Assembly: GCF_011617245.1 (NCBI RefSeq)
Contig: NZ_CP050152.1
Span: 1,910,503 to 1,974,502, forward strand
Direction: 5' to 3'
Length of the DNA stretch: 64,000 nt
DNA from: Brevibacterium atlanticum
GTDB lineage: Bacteria > Actinomycetota > Actinomycetes > Actinomycetales > Brevibacteriaceae
Shown here: one piece after another, positions 47,902-56,908 of the stretch
Layout of the letters: every line of letters starts with the position of its first letter
How positions within the stretch are numbered: position 1 is the stretch's first letter
The notes under the pieces: model-generated
What the model was told of the DNA's origin: nothing
Database searches by the model: none
The model's input: only the letters and a program-made list of their open reading frames with translations
Made by a program: the position numbers and the translations under genes

Positions 47902-49415
47902 GCTCCGCACTGCTGCTTCTGCTCATCGGCATCCCGCTGCTGTCCTCGGCGCTGAGCGTGCTCATCACCTCCCGCACCTTTGACCGCGTGCTGCTGCTCG
48001 GTGTTCCTCTCTTCGTCGGCAGCAGCGGTATCGGACTCCTCGGACTCCACCGCGACACCCCGGTCATCGCCCATTCGGTCGGCGACTACGTGCCGGGGTT
48101 GGCGATCGTGTTCGTCTCGGATACATTCACCGCGCTCATGCTCGTGCTCACTTCCCTGGTCGCCCTCATCAGCTGCCTGTTCCTCATCACCACCGGCGAG
48201 GACCAGTACCGCTTCGTTCCCGCGCTCATCCTGATGATGCTCACCGGCGTCTACGGCGCCCTGCTGACCGGGGATCTGTTCAACTTCTTCGTCTTCGTCG
48301 AAGTCATGATGCTGCCGGCCTATGCGCTCATCGCCGTCACCGGCACGTGGCGCAGGCTCGGCATCGGCCGCATCTACGTCATGGTCAACCTGCTCACCTC
48401 GACGATGCTGCTCATCGGCGTCGGCTTCGTCTACGGCGCCACCGGCACGGTCAACCTCGCCGTCCTCGCGCAGATGGGCACACCCACCGGGCAGGCGGGT
48501 CTGGCACTGGGGATCGTGCTGCTCTCCCTGTTCATCAAGGCGGGAGGCGCACCGTTCCACGGGTGGCTCGTGCGCAGCTATCCGAACACCTCGGCGGGCA
48601 TGATGTCCCTGTTCTCCGGCCTGCACTCGAAGGTCGGGCTGTACGCGATCTACCGCATCTGCACCACGATCTACGGCGAACCGGCACCGTGGGTGAGTGT
48701 TCTGCTCGTCCTCGCCGTCGCCAGCATCCTCGTCGGTGCCGTCTCCGGCTTCGGGCAGAGCCGCGTGCGCAACGTCCTCGGTTTCCAGATGACCGCCGGA
48801 GTCGGGCACATCCTGCTCGGCGTCACCCTGCTCACCTCGGCCGCCCTCGGCGCCGGAGCGTTCTATATGATCCACCACATGATCACGATGTCGGGAATCC
48901 TGCTCATCATGGGCGCGGTGGAACAGACCTACGGCACGGGATCGTTCACGAAACTGACCGGACTGGCCTCACGCGAACGGTGGGCGAGCGTGCTGATGAT
49001 CCTCGGGCTCTTCTCCCTCATCGGACTGCCGCCCACCTCGGGGCTGTGGGGCAAGGTCGGGCTCATCACCGCCGCCACGGACACCGGCGGCGGCCTCGGC
49101 TGGACCCTGGTGGCGGCCATCGTCCTCGGCGCACTGATCAGCCTGCTCGCTCTGCAGAGGACCTGGCGCAACACGTTCTGGGGCCCGCCCATGCAGAGCT
49201 ACCGACCCGATTCGGCCGAGACGGGCCGGGCACCCGCCGAACCCATCATGCGCAGCGTGCGCATCCCCGCTCGCCTGCTCGTGCCCGCCACGATCATGAT
49301 CGCACTCTCCGTGGCACTCTTCGCCTTCCCCGAGCCGCTGCTCGACATCACCCACCGGGCCGCCGACGGCCTGCTCGACCACAGTGACTACATCGAGGCG
49401 GTGATGACTCCATGA
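47898..49415 (+). CDS. mrpD: Na+/H+ antiporter Mrp subunit D (NuoM/N-like)
   Basis: 505-aa polytopic protein with proton-pump antiporter motifs. ATGA overlap. Confidence 0.85.
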   Translation: MSSALLLLLIGIPLLSSALSVLITSRTFDRVLLLGVPLFVGSSGIGLLGLHRDTPVIAHSVGDYVPGLAIVFVSDTFTALMLVLTSLVALISCLFLITTGEDQYRFVPALILMMLTGVYGALLTGDLFNFFVFVEVMMLPAYALIAVTGTWRRLGIGRIYVMVNLLTSTMLLIGVGFVYGATGTVNLAVLAQMGTPTGQAGLALGIVLLSLFIKAGGAPFHGWLVRSYPNTSAGMMSLFSGLHSKVGLYAIYRICTTIYGEPAPWVSVLLVLAVASILVGAVSGFGQSRVRNVLGFQMTAGVGHILLGVTLLTSAALGAGAFYMIHHMITMSGILLIMGAVEQTYGTGSFTKLTGLASRERWASVLMILGLFSLIGLPPTSGLWGKVGLITAATDTGGGLGWTLVAAIVLGALISLLALQRTWRNTFWGPPMQSYRPDSAETGRAPAEPIMRSVRIPARLLVPATIMIALSVALFAFPEPLLDITHRAADGLLDHSDYIEAVMTP

Positions 49416-49789
49416 TGCGCATCATCCACGGCATCGGCTACGTGGCCTACATCCTCTGGGCCGTCCTCACCGGCTCGTTCACCATCGTCGCCCGACTGGT
49501 GCGCACCGACTATGCCGCACCGATGATCGTCGAGCTGCCGATGCGGTGCGCCACCGACCTCGAAGTCACTCTCTTCGCCTCCTCGATCACCATCACGCCC
49601 GGCACCCTCGTCACGGCGATCGCCGCGGGCACCTCGGCGAGTCCGCCGGTGATCTTCGTCCATGCTCTGTTCGAGGACTCCGAAGAAGCCGCACTCGCCG
49701 GGCTCATCGACATGGAGACACGTCTGCTTGCGATGACCAGGGGACGGGCCCCGGGAACGCAGACCGAGAGCGAAGGGGACCGGTCATGA
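49412..49789 (+). CDS. mrpE: Na+/H+ antiporter Mrp subunit E
   Basis: Position and size fit MrpE; N-terminal TM followed by a soluble domain. Confidence 0.7.
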   Translation: MMRIIHGIGYVAYILWAVLTGSFTIVARLVRTDYAAPMIVELPMRCATDLEVTLFASSITITPGTLVTAIAAGTSASPPVIFVHALFEDSEEAALAGLIDMETRLLAMTRGRAPGTQTESEGDRS

Positions 49790-50046
49790 CCATCGTCGTC
49801 AGCATCTGTGCGATCATCCTCGCCGCCGCCATCATCATCGGCCTCATCCGGGTGCTGACGGCGCGCGACCAGGGGTCACGCGCCGTGGTCTCCGACCTCA
49901 TCTACTTCTCGTCGATTGCGATCGTGACGATGCTCGGCATCGCGGTGTCCTCCTCGATCGTCATCGACGTCGTGTTCCTCGCCTCGATGGTGGGTATCCT
50001 CGCCACGATCGCACTCTCGCGCATCCTCACCAGGGGGCACCGCTGA
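49786..50046 (+). CDS. mrpF: Na+/H+ antiporter Mrp subunit F
   Basis: 86-aa, 3-TM protein. Start ATG at 49786 overlaps the mrpE stop; it lies inside ORF 49546..50046 of the track. Confidence 0.7.
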   Translation: MTIVVSICAIILAAAIIIGLIRVLTARDQGSRAVVSDLIYFSSIAIVTMLGIAVSSSIVIDVVFLASMVGILATIALSRILTRGHR

Positions 50047-50453
50047 TGAGCGAAACACTGGCCACCGTCCTCGTCGGGATCTTCGGGATCACCGGTTCGC
50101 TGCTGCTGCTCGCCTCCGCGCTGGCGATGTTCCGGGTCCGCGACGCCCTGTCACGGATCAATGTGTTCTCCCCGGCCACCGGCCTGGGCATGCCGCTCAT
50201 CGTGGCCGCCGCCTACGTCTTCGACCTGTACTCGACAGGCTTCTCGTGGCCGTCGCTGCTCATGGCCGTCGTCGCCGTGCTGTGTCTGATCATCGTGTCC
50301 TCGGTGGCCAGTAACACGCTCGCCCGCTCGACCGTGCTCTCCGGACAGCCTGTGTACCGCAAGACGAACCCGAACCGGTTGGCTCACCCGCCGACGGGCG
50401 TCATCGACGTCGATCCGGATGCCGTCGTCGACCCGGACGCCGACGAAGGCTGA
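50046..50453 (+). CDS. mrpG: Na+/H+ antiporter Mrp subunit G
   Basis: 3-TM protein with C-terminal acidic tail. 1-nt overlap with the mrpF stop. Confidence 0.75.
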   Translation: MSETLATVLVGIFGITGSLLLLASALAMFRVRDALSRINVFSPATGLGMPLIVAAAYVFDLYSTGFSWPSLLMAVVAVLCLIIVSSVASNTLARSTVLSGQPVYRKTNPNRLAHPPTGVIDVDPDAVVDPDADEG

Positions 50454-50500
50454 TCACGTCGGCTCAGTCCCGGCCGCAGACGAAGGCTGATCCCGCGGAC

Positions 50501-51217
50501 TCAGTCCCGGCCGGTGGTGCGCATGGTGATGTTGATCCTGCCGCCGCCGAGGTGGTCGAGCCGTCCGTGCTCAGGTGCGGTTCCCGGCTGGATCGATCTC
50601 ACCCCGTGATAGGCGAAGCGGGCGGGACCGCCGAAGACGAAGGCGTCCCCGGACGCCAGCCTCAGATCGTCGAAGGGGCGGTTGCGGTTATCTGAGTTGC
50701 CGAATCTGAACAGGCAGGTATCTCCGAGGGACAGTGAGACGACCGGTGCGGGATCGAATTCGTCCTTGTCCTGATGCATGCCCATCTTCGCGTGTTCGTC
50801 GTAGTAGTTCACGAGAGCGACGTCAGGACGGTAGGCACTGGGAGCGAATCCCCAGTCGGCGGCCGTGCCCACTGGGAGCTCGTCGTCGACGACCGTGTTC
50901 GCGGCCTGCAGGACCTGTCGTCCCAGTCGGGTCATCCAATCAGGGAACGGCAGGACGAGTTGATCGTTGACGTCGACGGCCCGTCGGTCGTAGCGGCCCG
51001 GACGCCAATGCCATCCGAGTCCGATCGTTCTCACGCTCATCGGGTGCCCGGCGATCGTCGTCGCATGTGGTGGAACCGGGCCCGACTGCCATTCGGCGTA
51101 CCGGTCGATGATCCACGTCTGTGCTTCGGGAGAGAGGAACCCCGGGACCCAGACCGCGCCCGGGGCGAGGATCTGCGGCCGGCGGTCGAATGCCTCATCG
51201 GCGAAGAGCGAATCCAT
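50501..51217 (-). CDS. alkB: Alpha-ketoglutarate/Fe(II)-dependent dioxygenase AlkB (DNA/RNA alkylation repair)
   Basis: N-terminus MDSLFADEAF resembles E. coli AlkB (MLDLFAD). HxD...H iron triad (MHQDKDE ... AYHGV). Start at the internal ATG 51215-51217. Confidence 0.7.
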   Translation of the reverse strand: MDSLFADEAFDRRPQILAPGAVWVPGFLSPEAQTWIIDRYAEWQSGPVPPHATTIAGHPMSVRTIGLGWHWRPGRYDRRAVDVNDQLVLPFPDWMTRLGRQVLQAANTVVDDELPVGTAADWGFAPSAYRPDVALVNYYDEHAKMGMHQDKDEFDPAPVVSLSLGDTCLFRFGNSDNRNRPFDDLRLASGDAFVFGGPARFAYHGVRSIQPGTAPEHGRLDHLGGGRINITMRTTGRD

Positions 51218-51263
51218 GTCTACCAGGATGCCAGAGCGGGTCTCACCCGATGTGCCGTGCCGA

Positions 51264-52475
51264 TCAGAGGTCGCCGACGGCCACCTGTTCATCAGCCAGA
51301 CGCTCGGCGGAGACTTCCTTGCCGATGAGCGCGCGCAGCTCATCGCCGTAGTCCCAGACGTTGACGTTCATCGCCGCGGTCACGATGCCTCCGCGCAGCC
51401 AGAACACGATGAACTCGCCGCTGGACTTGTCGCCGCGGATGACGACCTCGTCGTCGGCGCTGCCGAGGCCGACGTACTCCATGCCGAGGTCGAACTGGTC
51501 GGTGTAGAAGTACGGCTGCCAGTCCTCGACCTTCGAACCGCCGCTGACCGTCGAGGCGGCGACCTCGGCCTGGCGCACCGCGTTGTCCCAGTGCTCGACT
51601 CGAAGTCGTTCGCTCCTGAGGACGTTCTGCGCGTTCGCGATGTCACCGATGGCCAGGATGCTGCCGTCTGAGGTGCGCATCTGCTCGTCGACGATCACGC
51701 CGTTGTCGACGGTCAGCCCCGCCGAGGCGGCGAGGTCGACGGAAGGGTCCGCTCCGATGCCGACGACGACGAGATCGGCAGGAACGCTCCCCGCGCTGGT
51801 CTCGACGGATTCGACGGCATCGGTCCCGGTGAAGGAGGTCGTATCCGCCTGCTTGAGGAAGTTCACGCCGTTCGACGAATGCAGCTGCTCGAAGTACTCG
51901 CCGAGTTCATCACCGAGCACGGAAGCCAGCGGGGGAGCATCGGAATGCAGGATGACCGTGACATCACAGCCCTGGGTCTTCGCTGCCGCGGCCACTTCGA
52001 GTCCGATCCAGCCGCCGCCGATGACGGCGACCTTCTTGCCGTCGCCGAACTGCGAACGGATGGCCACCGCATCACCGGCATCGCGGAGAGTGTGGATGTT
52101 GCCCAGCTGCGCGCCGGGCACGTCGAGCGAGCGGGGAGTGGAGCCGGTGGCGAGGATCGCCTGTCCGTAGGTGAGCTGTCGATCGTCATCGAGCGTCACC
52201 GTCTGGGCCGCCGGATCGATCGCGGTGACAGCGGTGCCGAAGAGCGTGGTCACATCGTGGGCCGAGTACCAGTCTTCGCCGCGCAGCGCCGAGTCGGCAG
52301 GATCCGAATTCTCGAGCATCACCTTCTTCGACAGGTCGGGCCGGTAATACGGTGCGGCGGGATCGGCACCGACCAGCGCGATCGAACCGGCGTAGCCGGC
52401 GTCCCGCAGCGATTCGACGACGGTACCGCCGCCGATGCCAGCACCGATGATGACGGTTCCGAATTCCTCTGCCAT
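51264..52475 (-). CDS. FAD-dependent pyridine nucleotide-disulfide oxidoreductase (ferredoxin/rubredoxin reductase-like)
   Basis: Two dinucleotide-binding motifs (VIIGAGIGGG and VAVIGGGWIGLEVAAAA) and a C-terminal reductase dimerisation domain. Confidence 0.75.
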   Translation of the reverse strand: MAEEFGTVIIGAGIGGGTVVESLRDAGYAGSIALVGADPAAPYYRPDLSKKVMLENSDPADSALRGEDWYSAHDVTTLFGTAVTAIDPAAQTVTLDDDRQLTYGQAILATGSTPRSLDVPGAQLGNIHTLRDAGDAVAIRSQFGDGKKVAVIGGGWIGLEVAAAAKTQGCDVTVILHSDAPPLASVLGDELGEYFEQLHSSNGVNFLKQADTTSFTGTDAVESVETSAGSVPADLVVVGIGADPSVDLAASAGLTVDNGVIVDEQMRTSDGSILAIGDIANAQNVLRSERLRVEHWDNAVRQAEVAASTVSGGSKVEDWQPYFYTDQFDLGMEYVGLGSADDEVVIRGDKSSGEFIVFWLRGGIVTAAMNVNVWDYGDELRALIGKEVSAERLADEQVAVGDL

Positions 52476-52639
52476 AACACGTCCTTTCGTTGAGGGGACT
52501 CAGTCCCGACTGTACTCGGGCAAGCGAACAGTGGCCAGGGAGCCCGGGAGGGTTCGGCCCCAGGTGGGAGCGCGGGTCGGAGGGTGTGGACGTCGTTTTG
52601 GTCAGCGCCCGGGTGAAGGCGTAAGCTTATGTTCCGCAA

Positions 52640-52712
52640 GGGGCTTTAGCTCAGTTGGTAGAGCGTTTCGTTCGCAATGAAAAGGTCAGGGGTTCGATTC
52701 CCCTAAGCTCCA
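52640..52712 (+). tRNA. tRNA-Ala (anticodon CGC)
   Basis: GGGGCTTTAGCTCAGTTGGTAGAGCG..., G3:U70 identity pair, anticodon loop TTCGCAA, T-loop GGTTCGATTCC. No encoded CCA. Confidence 0.85.
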
Positions 52713-52830
52713 CAATAGTCCTTGGCGCAAAAAACGGTCCTGGTCTGATCGGCCGGGTGCCGCCGTGGAAGCGGCACGAATACACGTCATCGACAGAGGT
52801 GGCCGCGTCAGCTGCGGAGGTGGACCAGCG

Positions 52831-53184
52831 ATGAAGATCCAGACCGGAATCATGTCCGGACTCCTCGGAGCCGCAGGGATCACACACTTCATTCGGCCGA
52901 AGCCCTTCGACTCGATCGTGCCTCCTCGTTTGGGCAACCCGCGATTCTGGACCTACGCCAGCGGTGTCGCCGAGGTCGGCTGCTCCGCTCTCCTGGCAGT
53001 GCCTGCCACTCGGCGACTCGGAGGAATGGCCTCAGCAGCACTGATGGTCGGGGTGTTCCCTGCCAATATCTATACCGTGGTCAAACACTGGGACGAACCC
53101 AGGGCCCGCGCCATCGCGATCGCTCGGCTGCCGCTGCAGATCCCGCTGGTGTGGATGTCGGTGAGTGCGGCCACCGAGGACTGA
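52831..53184 (+). CDS. DoxX-like (DoxX_2) small membrane protein
   Basis: 117 aa with 3-4 TM helices. Strong GGAGGTGGA RBS before the ATG at 52831; the ORF track starts further upstream at 52765. Confidence 0.45.
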   Translation: MKIQTGIMSGLLGAAGITHFIRPKPFDSIVPPRLGNPRFWTYASGVAEVGCSALLAVPATRRLGGMASAALMVGVFPANIYTVVKHWDEPRARAIAIARLPLQIPLVWMSVSAATED

Positions 53185-53235
53185 GGTTCGGTGCCGTCCA
53201 CCGGTGTGCACCGCGGTTCGTTGCGGGCTTCGCAA

Positions 53236-53895
53236 TCAGGGTTCCGAATCGGCCTCTGAGATGTACTCGCCTCCGCGGTCAACGCCGAGAGTAGCAACAA
53301 GATCCTCGTGCAGCTCGAACCAGACGCGGTGGCAGGAATCCCGGTCGGTCTTGTCGATCAAGTCGAGTTCACCGGATTTCGCTCGGGTCAGTGCAGACTC
53401 GAATCGGGACGCATAGTCGGCGAATCTCGGCAGGATCTCGGTCAGACGTTCGTTCTGCGCAGCGAGGAGCACATTGAGCGTCGTGAGTTCGTCGAGAATA
53501 CGTGCGTCCCAAACGCCGTCGGCATGGTCGTTGGGCGCGAACCTGTCTGCCTGGCTCGGCCTGATCTGCCAGTCAGTGACTGCCTTGAGAAGACGAGCGT
53601 TGAGCGGCAGGAACGCGCGGTAGACATCCTGCACGATGCCATTCGGATCTGCGTCCTGACGTTCTGTCGCGAGCAGTCGTTCGTTCTCGACCCTGCCCGC
53701 ATCAGTGAGTGACCAACCGCCGAGGTCGGCGAACTCGGCGTGCTGCACCCAGCCTTTGCGTTCCGCGACGCTGAGCACACGGATCACCTCCGAGTCCCGG
53801 GCCCCTGCGCGCTGCGCGACAGCGTCGAAGTCGGCGAATCCCAAAAGTCGGACGGCGTGAAGAACCATGAGATCAGGTGAGGACAGTCGAGTCAT
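53236..53895 (-). CDS. Hypothetical protein (219 aa) with N-terminal winged-helix-like segment; translationally coupled to the upstream HTH gene
   Basis: Start ATG 53893-53895 overlaps the stop of the upstream gene (ATGA). N-terminus LMVLHAVRLLGFADFDAVAQRAG. No confident family. Contains an Rx5H motif (RKGWVQH) of unknown significance. Confidence 0.4.
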   Translation of the reverse strand: MTRLSSPDLMVLHAVRLLGFADFDAVAQRAGARDSEVIRVLSVAERKGWVQHAEFADLGGWSLTDAGRVENERLLATERQDADPNGIVQDVYRAFLPLNARLLKAVTDWQIRPSQADRFAPNDHADGVWDARILDELTTLNVLLAAQNERLTEILPRFADYASRFESALTRAKSGELDLIDKTDRDSCHRVWFELHEDLVATLGVDRGGEYISEADSEP

Positions 53896-54305
53896 GGTCG
53901 GGTGTCCTGCTTCGCGCTGAGCCGGCTCACGTATTGCTGGCAGGCCTGCGGAGACCGAAATCCCATGGCCTCGGCGATCTGCGCCCATGTCAGCCCATCG
54001 GCGCGAGCGGCGAACAGCAGACCGATCTCCACGCTCTCGGCCTCGGCACGAGCGGTCGGCAGGAGTGACAACGCGCCGAGCAGTTCATTCTGGGTCAGTT
54101 CGGACGATCGCCAGAGGGCGTACTGCGTCAGATCGGCGGCGGTCGGCGAGCCGCCGGGGTAGTGCTGCCAGGGGCGCGGCTCCAGCTGATCTGCTCCTTT
54201 GTCGAGAAGGAGTCCGCGAGCGTCCGGCTGTGGTGAATTCGCCCGACGGTCGGTGTTTCCACTCGGGTTGGGGGCGTGTTTGCTATCCATGACAGACATC
54301 CTCAT
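53892..54305 (-). CDS. Small sigma-70 region-4-like helix-turn-helix protein
   Basis: C-terminal LTWAQIAEAMGFRSPQACQQYVSRL is a region-4/LuxR-type HTH. No sigma regions 2-3 are present. Alternative start ATG at 54290. Confidence 0.45.
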   Translation of the reverse strand: MRMSVMDSKHAPNPSGNTDRRANSPQPDARGLLLDKGADQLEPRPWQHYPGGSPTAADLTQYALWRSSELTQNELLGALSLLPTARAEAESVEIGLLFAARADGLTWAQIAEAMGFRSPQACQQYVSRLSAKQDTRP

Positions 54306-54307
54306 AC

Positions 54308-54329
54308 TGTCAACATAATGTTGTCAACA
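54308..54329. promoter_or_regulatory. AT-rich repeat/palindrome operator candidate in the divergent promoter region
   Basis: TGTCAACATAATGTTGTCAACA: direct repeat TGTCAACA x2 and palindrome CAACAT-A-ATGTTG, inside a ~45-bp AT-rich island in a 68% GC genome. Confidence 0.4.
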
Positions 54330-54337
54330 ATCGATTG

Positions 54338-55543
54338 ATGGGTGATGTGATGCTGACCGACCTCGCTGAGGCGATGCAGAGGGACTCGGGCGGCAAAGCG
54401 GCCGCACTCGGAGCGCTTCTGCGTGCAGGATTCTCTGTGCCTGACGGATTCGTTGTCTCCAGCCGCGGACAGGCAGTCGGTCCGATGGCAGAGAGCGCGT
54501 TGTGCGACTCGACTGCGCACGCATTGGAGAGACTGGGAGATCCCGTCGTGGCAGTCCGGTCCTCGGCACTCGACGAAGACACTGCGGCGGCGTCGGCCGC
54601 AGGACAGTACGACAGCATCATCGGCGTGAAGGGGCCAGATGAGGTCTGCCGGGCGATCGCGGCATGCAGAGACTCCGCGCACTCCCCGCGCGCAGTCGAC
54701 TATCGGTCTCGCACCGGGCACCAGACCCATCGTTCGGCGGAGATGGCAGTGATCATTCAGCCCGTGATCGAGGCGGAAGTGTCCGGGGTGCTCTTCACTC
54801 CGCGTGCGCCCGGAGAACGCACCCGGATCGAAGCATCGTGGGGGCTCGGTCTGTCCGTCGTGGCGGGATCGGTCACTCCTGATGCGTATGAGGCCTGGTC
54901 GGACGGATCGATCGTCTTCTCAGTCGGGAGCAAACGGACGCGAATCGACCTGGATCATGAGCGGGGGAGTACTATCACCACTGCTGTGGACACCGATAGA
55001 CAAGAAGCGAGGACTCTCGACGACGACACTGCCGTCGCGCTGGCTGAACTCGGCGATCGGATCGCCGAAGTGTTCGGAGAGCCGCAGGACGTCGAGTGGG
55101 CCATCGCGGACGGAACAGTCTGGATCCTGCAATCCCGCCCGATCACCGCAGTTCTTCCGGCGACAAGACCCCTCACCGCGCCCGAACAGGCAAACACCCT
55201 GAGTGGTACTCCCGGCTCGCACGGAACAGTCACAGCCGAGGCGCGGGTCGTTCGAGGTCCGTCTGACTTCGCCTCGGTGCGGCGTGGCGATGTCGTGGTG
55301 TGCCCCTCCACCGACCCGGCGTGGACCCCTCTCTTCGGCATCGCGGCCGGCGTCGTCACAGAGACCGGCGGGGTGCTCAGCCATGCCGCGATCGTCGCGC
55401 GCGAATACGGCATACCGGCCGTTCTCGGCGTCACCGATGCGACCCAACGCATCGCCGACGGTGATCGGATCACGATGAACGGCTCGTCCGGAACCGTCAG
55501 CTTCACCAGCGGCGGGACTATTGCACACGCCATCCGTCCGTGA
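54338..55543 (+). CDS. Two-domain PEP-utilising enzyme: PPDK_N-type ATP-grasp nucleotide-binding domain plus phosphohistidine swivel domain; no catalytic/substrate C-terminal domain
   Basis: N-terminus GGKAAALGALLRAGFSVPDGFVV (PPDK_N signature) and C-terminal swivel motif TETGGVLSHAAIVAREYGIPAV, with the conserved His in GGVLSH. Confidence 0.6.
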   Translation: MGDVMLTDLAEAMQRDSGGKAAALGALLRAGFSVPDGFVVSSRGQAVGPMAESALCDSTAHALERLGDPVVAVRSSALDEDTAAASAAGQYDSIIGVKGPDEVCRAIAACRDSAHSPRAVDYRSRTGHQTHRSAEMAVIIQPVIEAEVSGVLFTPRAPGERTRIEASWGLGLSVVAGSVTPDAYEAWSDGSIVFSVGSKRTRIDLDHERGSTITTAVDTDRQEARTLDDDTAVALAELGDRIAEVFGEPQDVEWAIADGTVWILQSRPITAVLPATRPLTAPEQANTLSGTPGSHGTVTAEARVVRGPSDFASVRRGDVVVCPSTDPAWTPLFGIAAGVVTETGGVLSHAAIVAREYGIPAVLGVTDATQRIADGDRITMNGSSGTVSFTSGGTIAHAIRP

Positions 55544-55555
55544 CATATTCGTTGA

Positions 55556-56908
55556 ATGGACGGGACTTCTCCGTACGATGCCCGGGCACTGTCGGGCCTC
55601 CACTTCTCAGCGGCGACTGCCGCCTTCCAGACCGAAGGAGCTCGCACTGCCGAGGGTCGCGGTCGCAGCATCTGGGATGACTTCGTCGACATCCCTGGGA
55701 ATGTCAGCGATGGCAGCACCGCCGAGCCGGGTCCCGACAGCTATCACCGCGTCCATGAGGACATCGCCCTGCTGTCCGACCTCGGTGTCGATCGCTACCG
55801 CTTCTCGATCTCCTGGACCCGTATCATCCCCGACGCCGGCACGAACGGATCGGTCAACGACACCGGTCTCGACTACTACGACCGCCTCGTCGACGGTCTC
55901 CTGGCCGCCGGCATCACACCGGAACCGACGCTCTATCACTGGGATCTTCCTGTCGCCCTCGAAGCGGACGGCGGCTGGCTGAATCGGGACACAGCTCACT
56001 ACTTCGCCGACTATGCCGCGGTCGTGGCCGGCCGCCTCGGCGACCGTGTACGGCACTGGTTTACGATCAACGAACCCGCTTCGACCTCCCTGCAGGGCTA
56101 CGCGCTGGGGGAGCTGGCCCCGGGGCGGACCCTCCTCTTCGACGCCCTGCCCACCGTCCACCATCAGCTCCTTGCCCACGGGCTCGTCGCTCCGATGCTG
56201 CGCGAACACGGTGCTGTGCAGGCCGCACCGACGCTCAATCACAGCCTCATCATTCCCGCATCTGAGACGGAAGCCGACCTCCGCGCAGCCGGTCTGCTCG
56301 ACGCGATCATGAATCGGCTCTTCACCGACCCGCTGCTGTTGGGCGAGTATCCAGACCTCAGTGCCTTCGGCGTCGAGATGCCGGTCGTGGACGGGGATAT
56401 GGGCCTCATCTGCGCCCCGAACGAGGTCTACGGGTTCAACTACTACAACCCGATCACGGTGCGTGCCGCCGACGGGGTCCCGCCCTTCGAGATGGTGCCC
56501 ACTCCGGAAGCCGCGACCACCGGATTCGGTCCGATGTGGCCGATCCGACCCGATACGATGCGCGACTTCCTCATCGACATGGACCGCCGCTACGGCACAC
56601 AGCTGCCGCCGATCATCATCAGCGAGAACGGTGCATCGTTTCCTGAGCCCGAGACCACGACGACCGAGATCGTTGACACCGAACGCATCGACTACCTGCG
56701 CACCCACCTCGGCGCCGTGCTCGAAGCCATCGAAGCCGGCGTCCGCATCGACGGCTACACGGTGTGGTCGCTGCTGGACAACTTCGAATGGGCCGACGGG
56801 TGGACCCAGCGCTTCGGACTCGTCCACGTCGATATGGATACCGGGACCCGCACCCCGAAGGCCTCGTACCGCTGGTATCGGGATCTCATCACCGCGGCAC
56901 GCGCATGA
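55556..56908 (+). CDS. Beta-glucosidase, glycoside hydrolase family 1
   Basis: AATAAFQTEG, catalytic acid TINEP, nucleophile region ITENG (IISENGAS), and DNFEW. Confidence 0.85.
   Translation: MDGTSPYDARALSGLHFSAATAAFQTEGARTAEGRGRSIWDDFVDIPGNVSDGSTAEPGPDSYHRVHEDIALLSDLGVDRYRFSISWTRIIPDAGTNGSVNDTGLDYYDRLVDGLLAAGITPEPTLYHWDLPVALEADGGWLNRDTAHYFADYAAVVAGRLGDRVRHWFTINEPASTSLQGYALGELAPGRTLLFDALPTVHHQLLAHGLVAPMLREHGAVQAAPTLNHSLIIPASETEADLRAAGLLDAIMNRLFTDPLLLGEYPDLSAFGVEMPVVDGDMGLICAPNEVYGFNYYNPITVRAADGVPPFEMVPTPEAATTGFGPMWPIRPDTMRDFLIDMDRRYGTQLPPIIISENGASFPEPETTTTEIVDTERIDYLRTHLGAVLEAIEAGVRIDGYTVWSLLDNFEWADGWTQRFGLVHVDMDTGTRTPKASYRWYRDLITAARA

Noticed and set aside
52765-52830. Upstream extension of the DoxX-like ORF (start at 52765)
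   Set aside because: A strong GGAGGTGGA RBS sits immediately before the internal ATG at 52831. The extension lacks an RBS and encodes a non-hydrophobic Gly/Arg-rich stretch.
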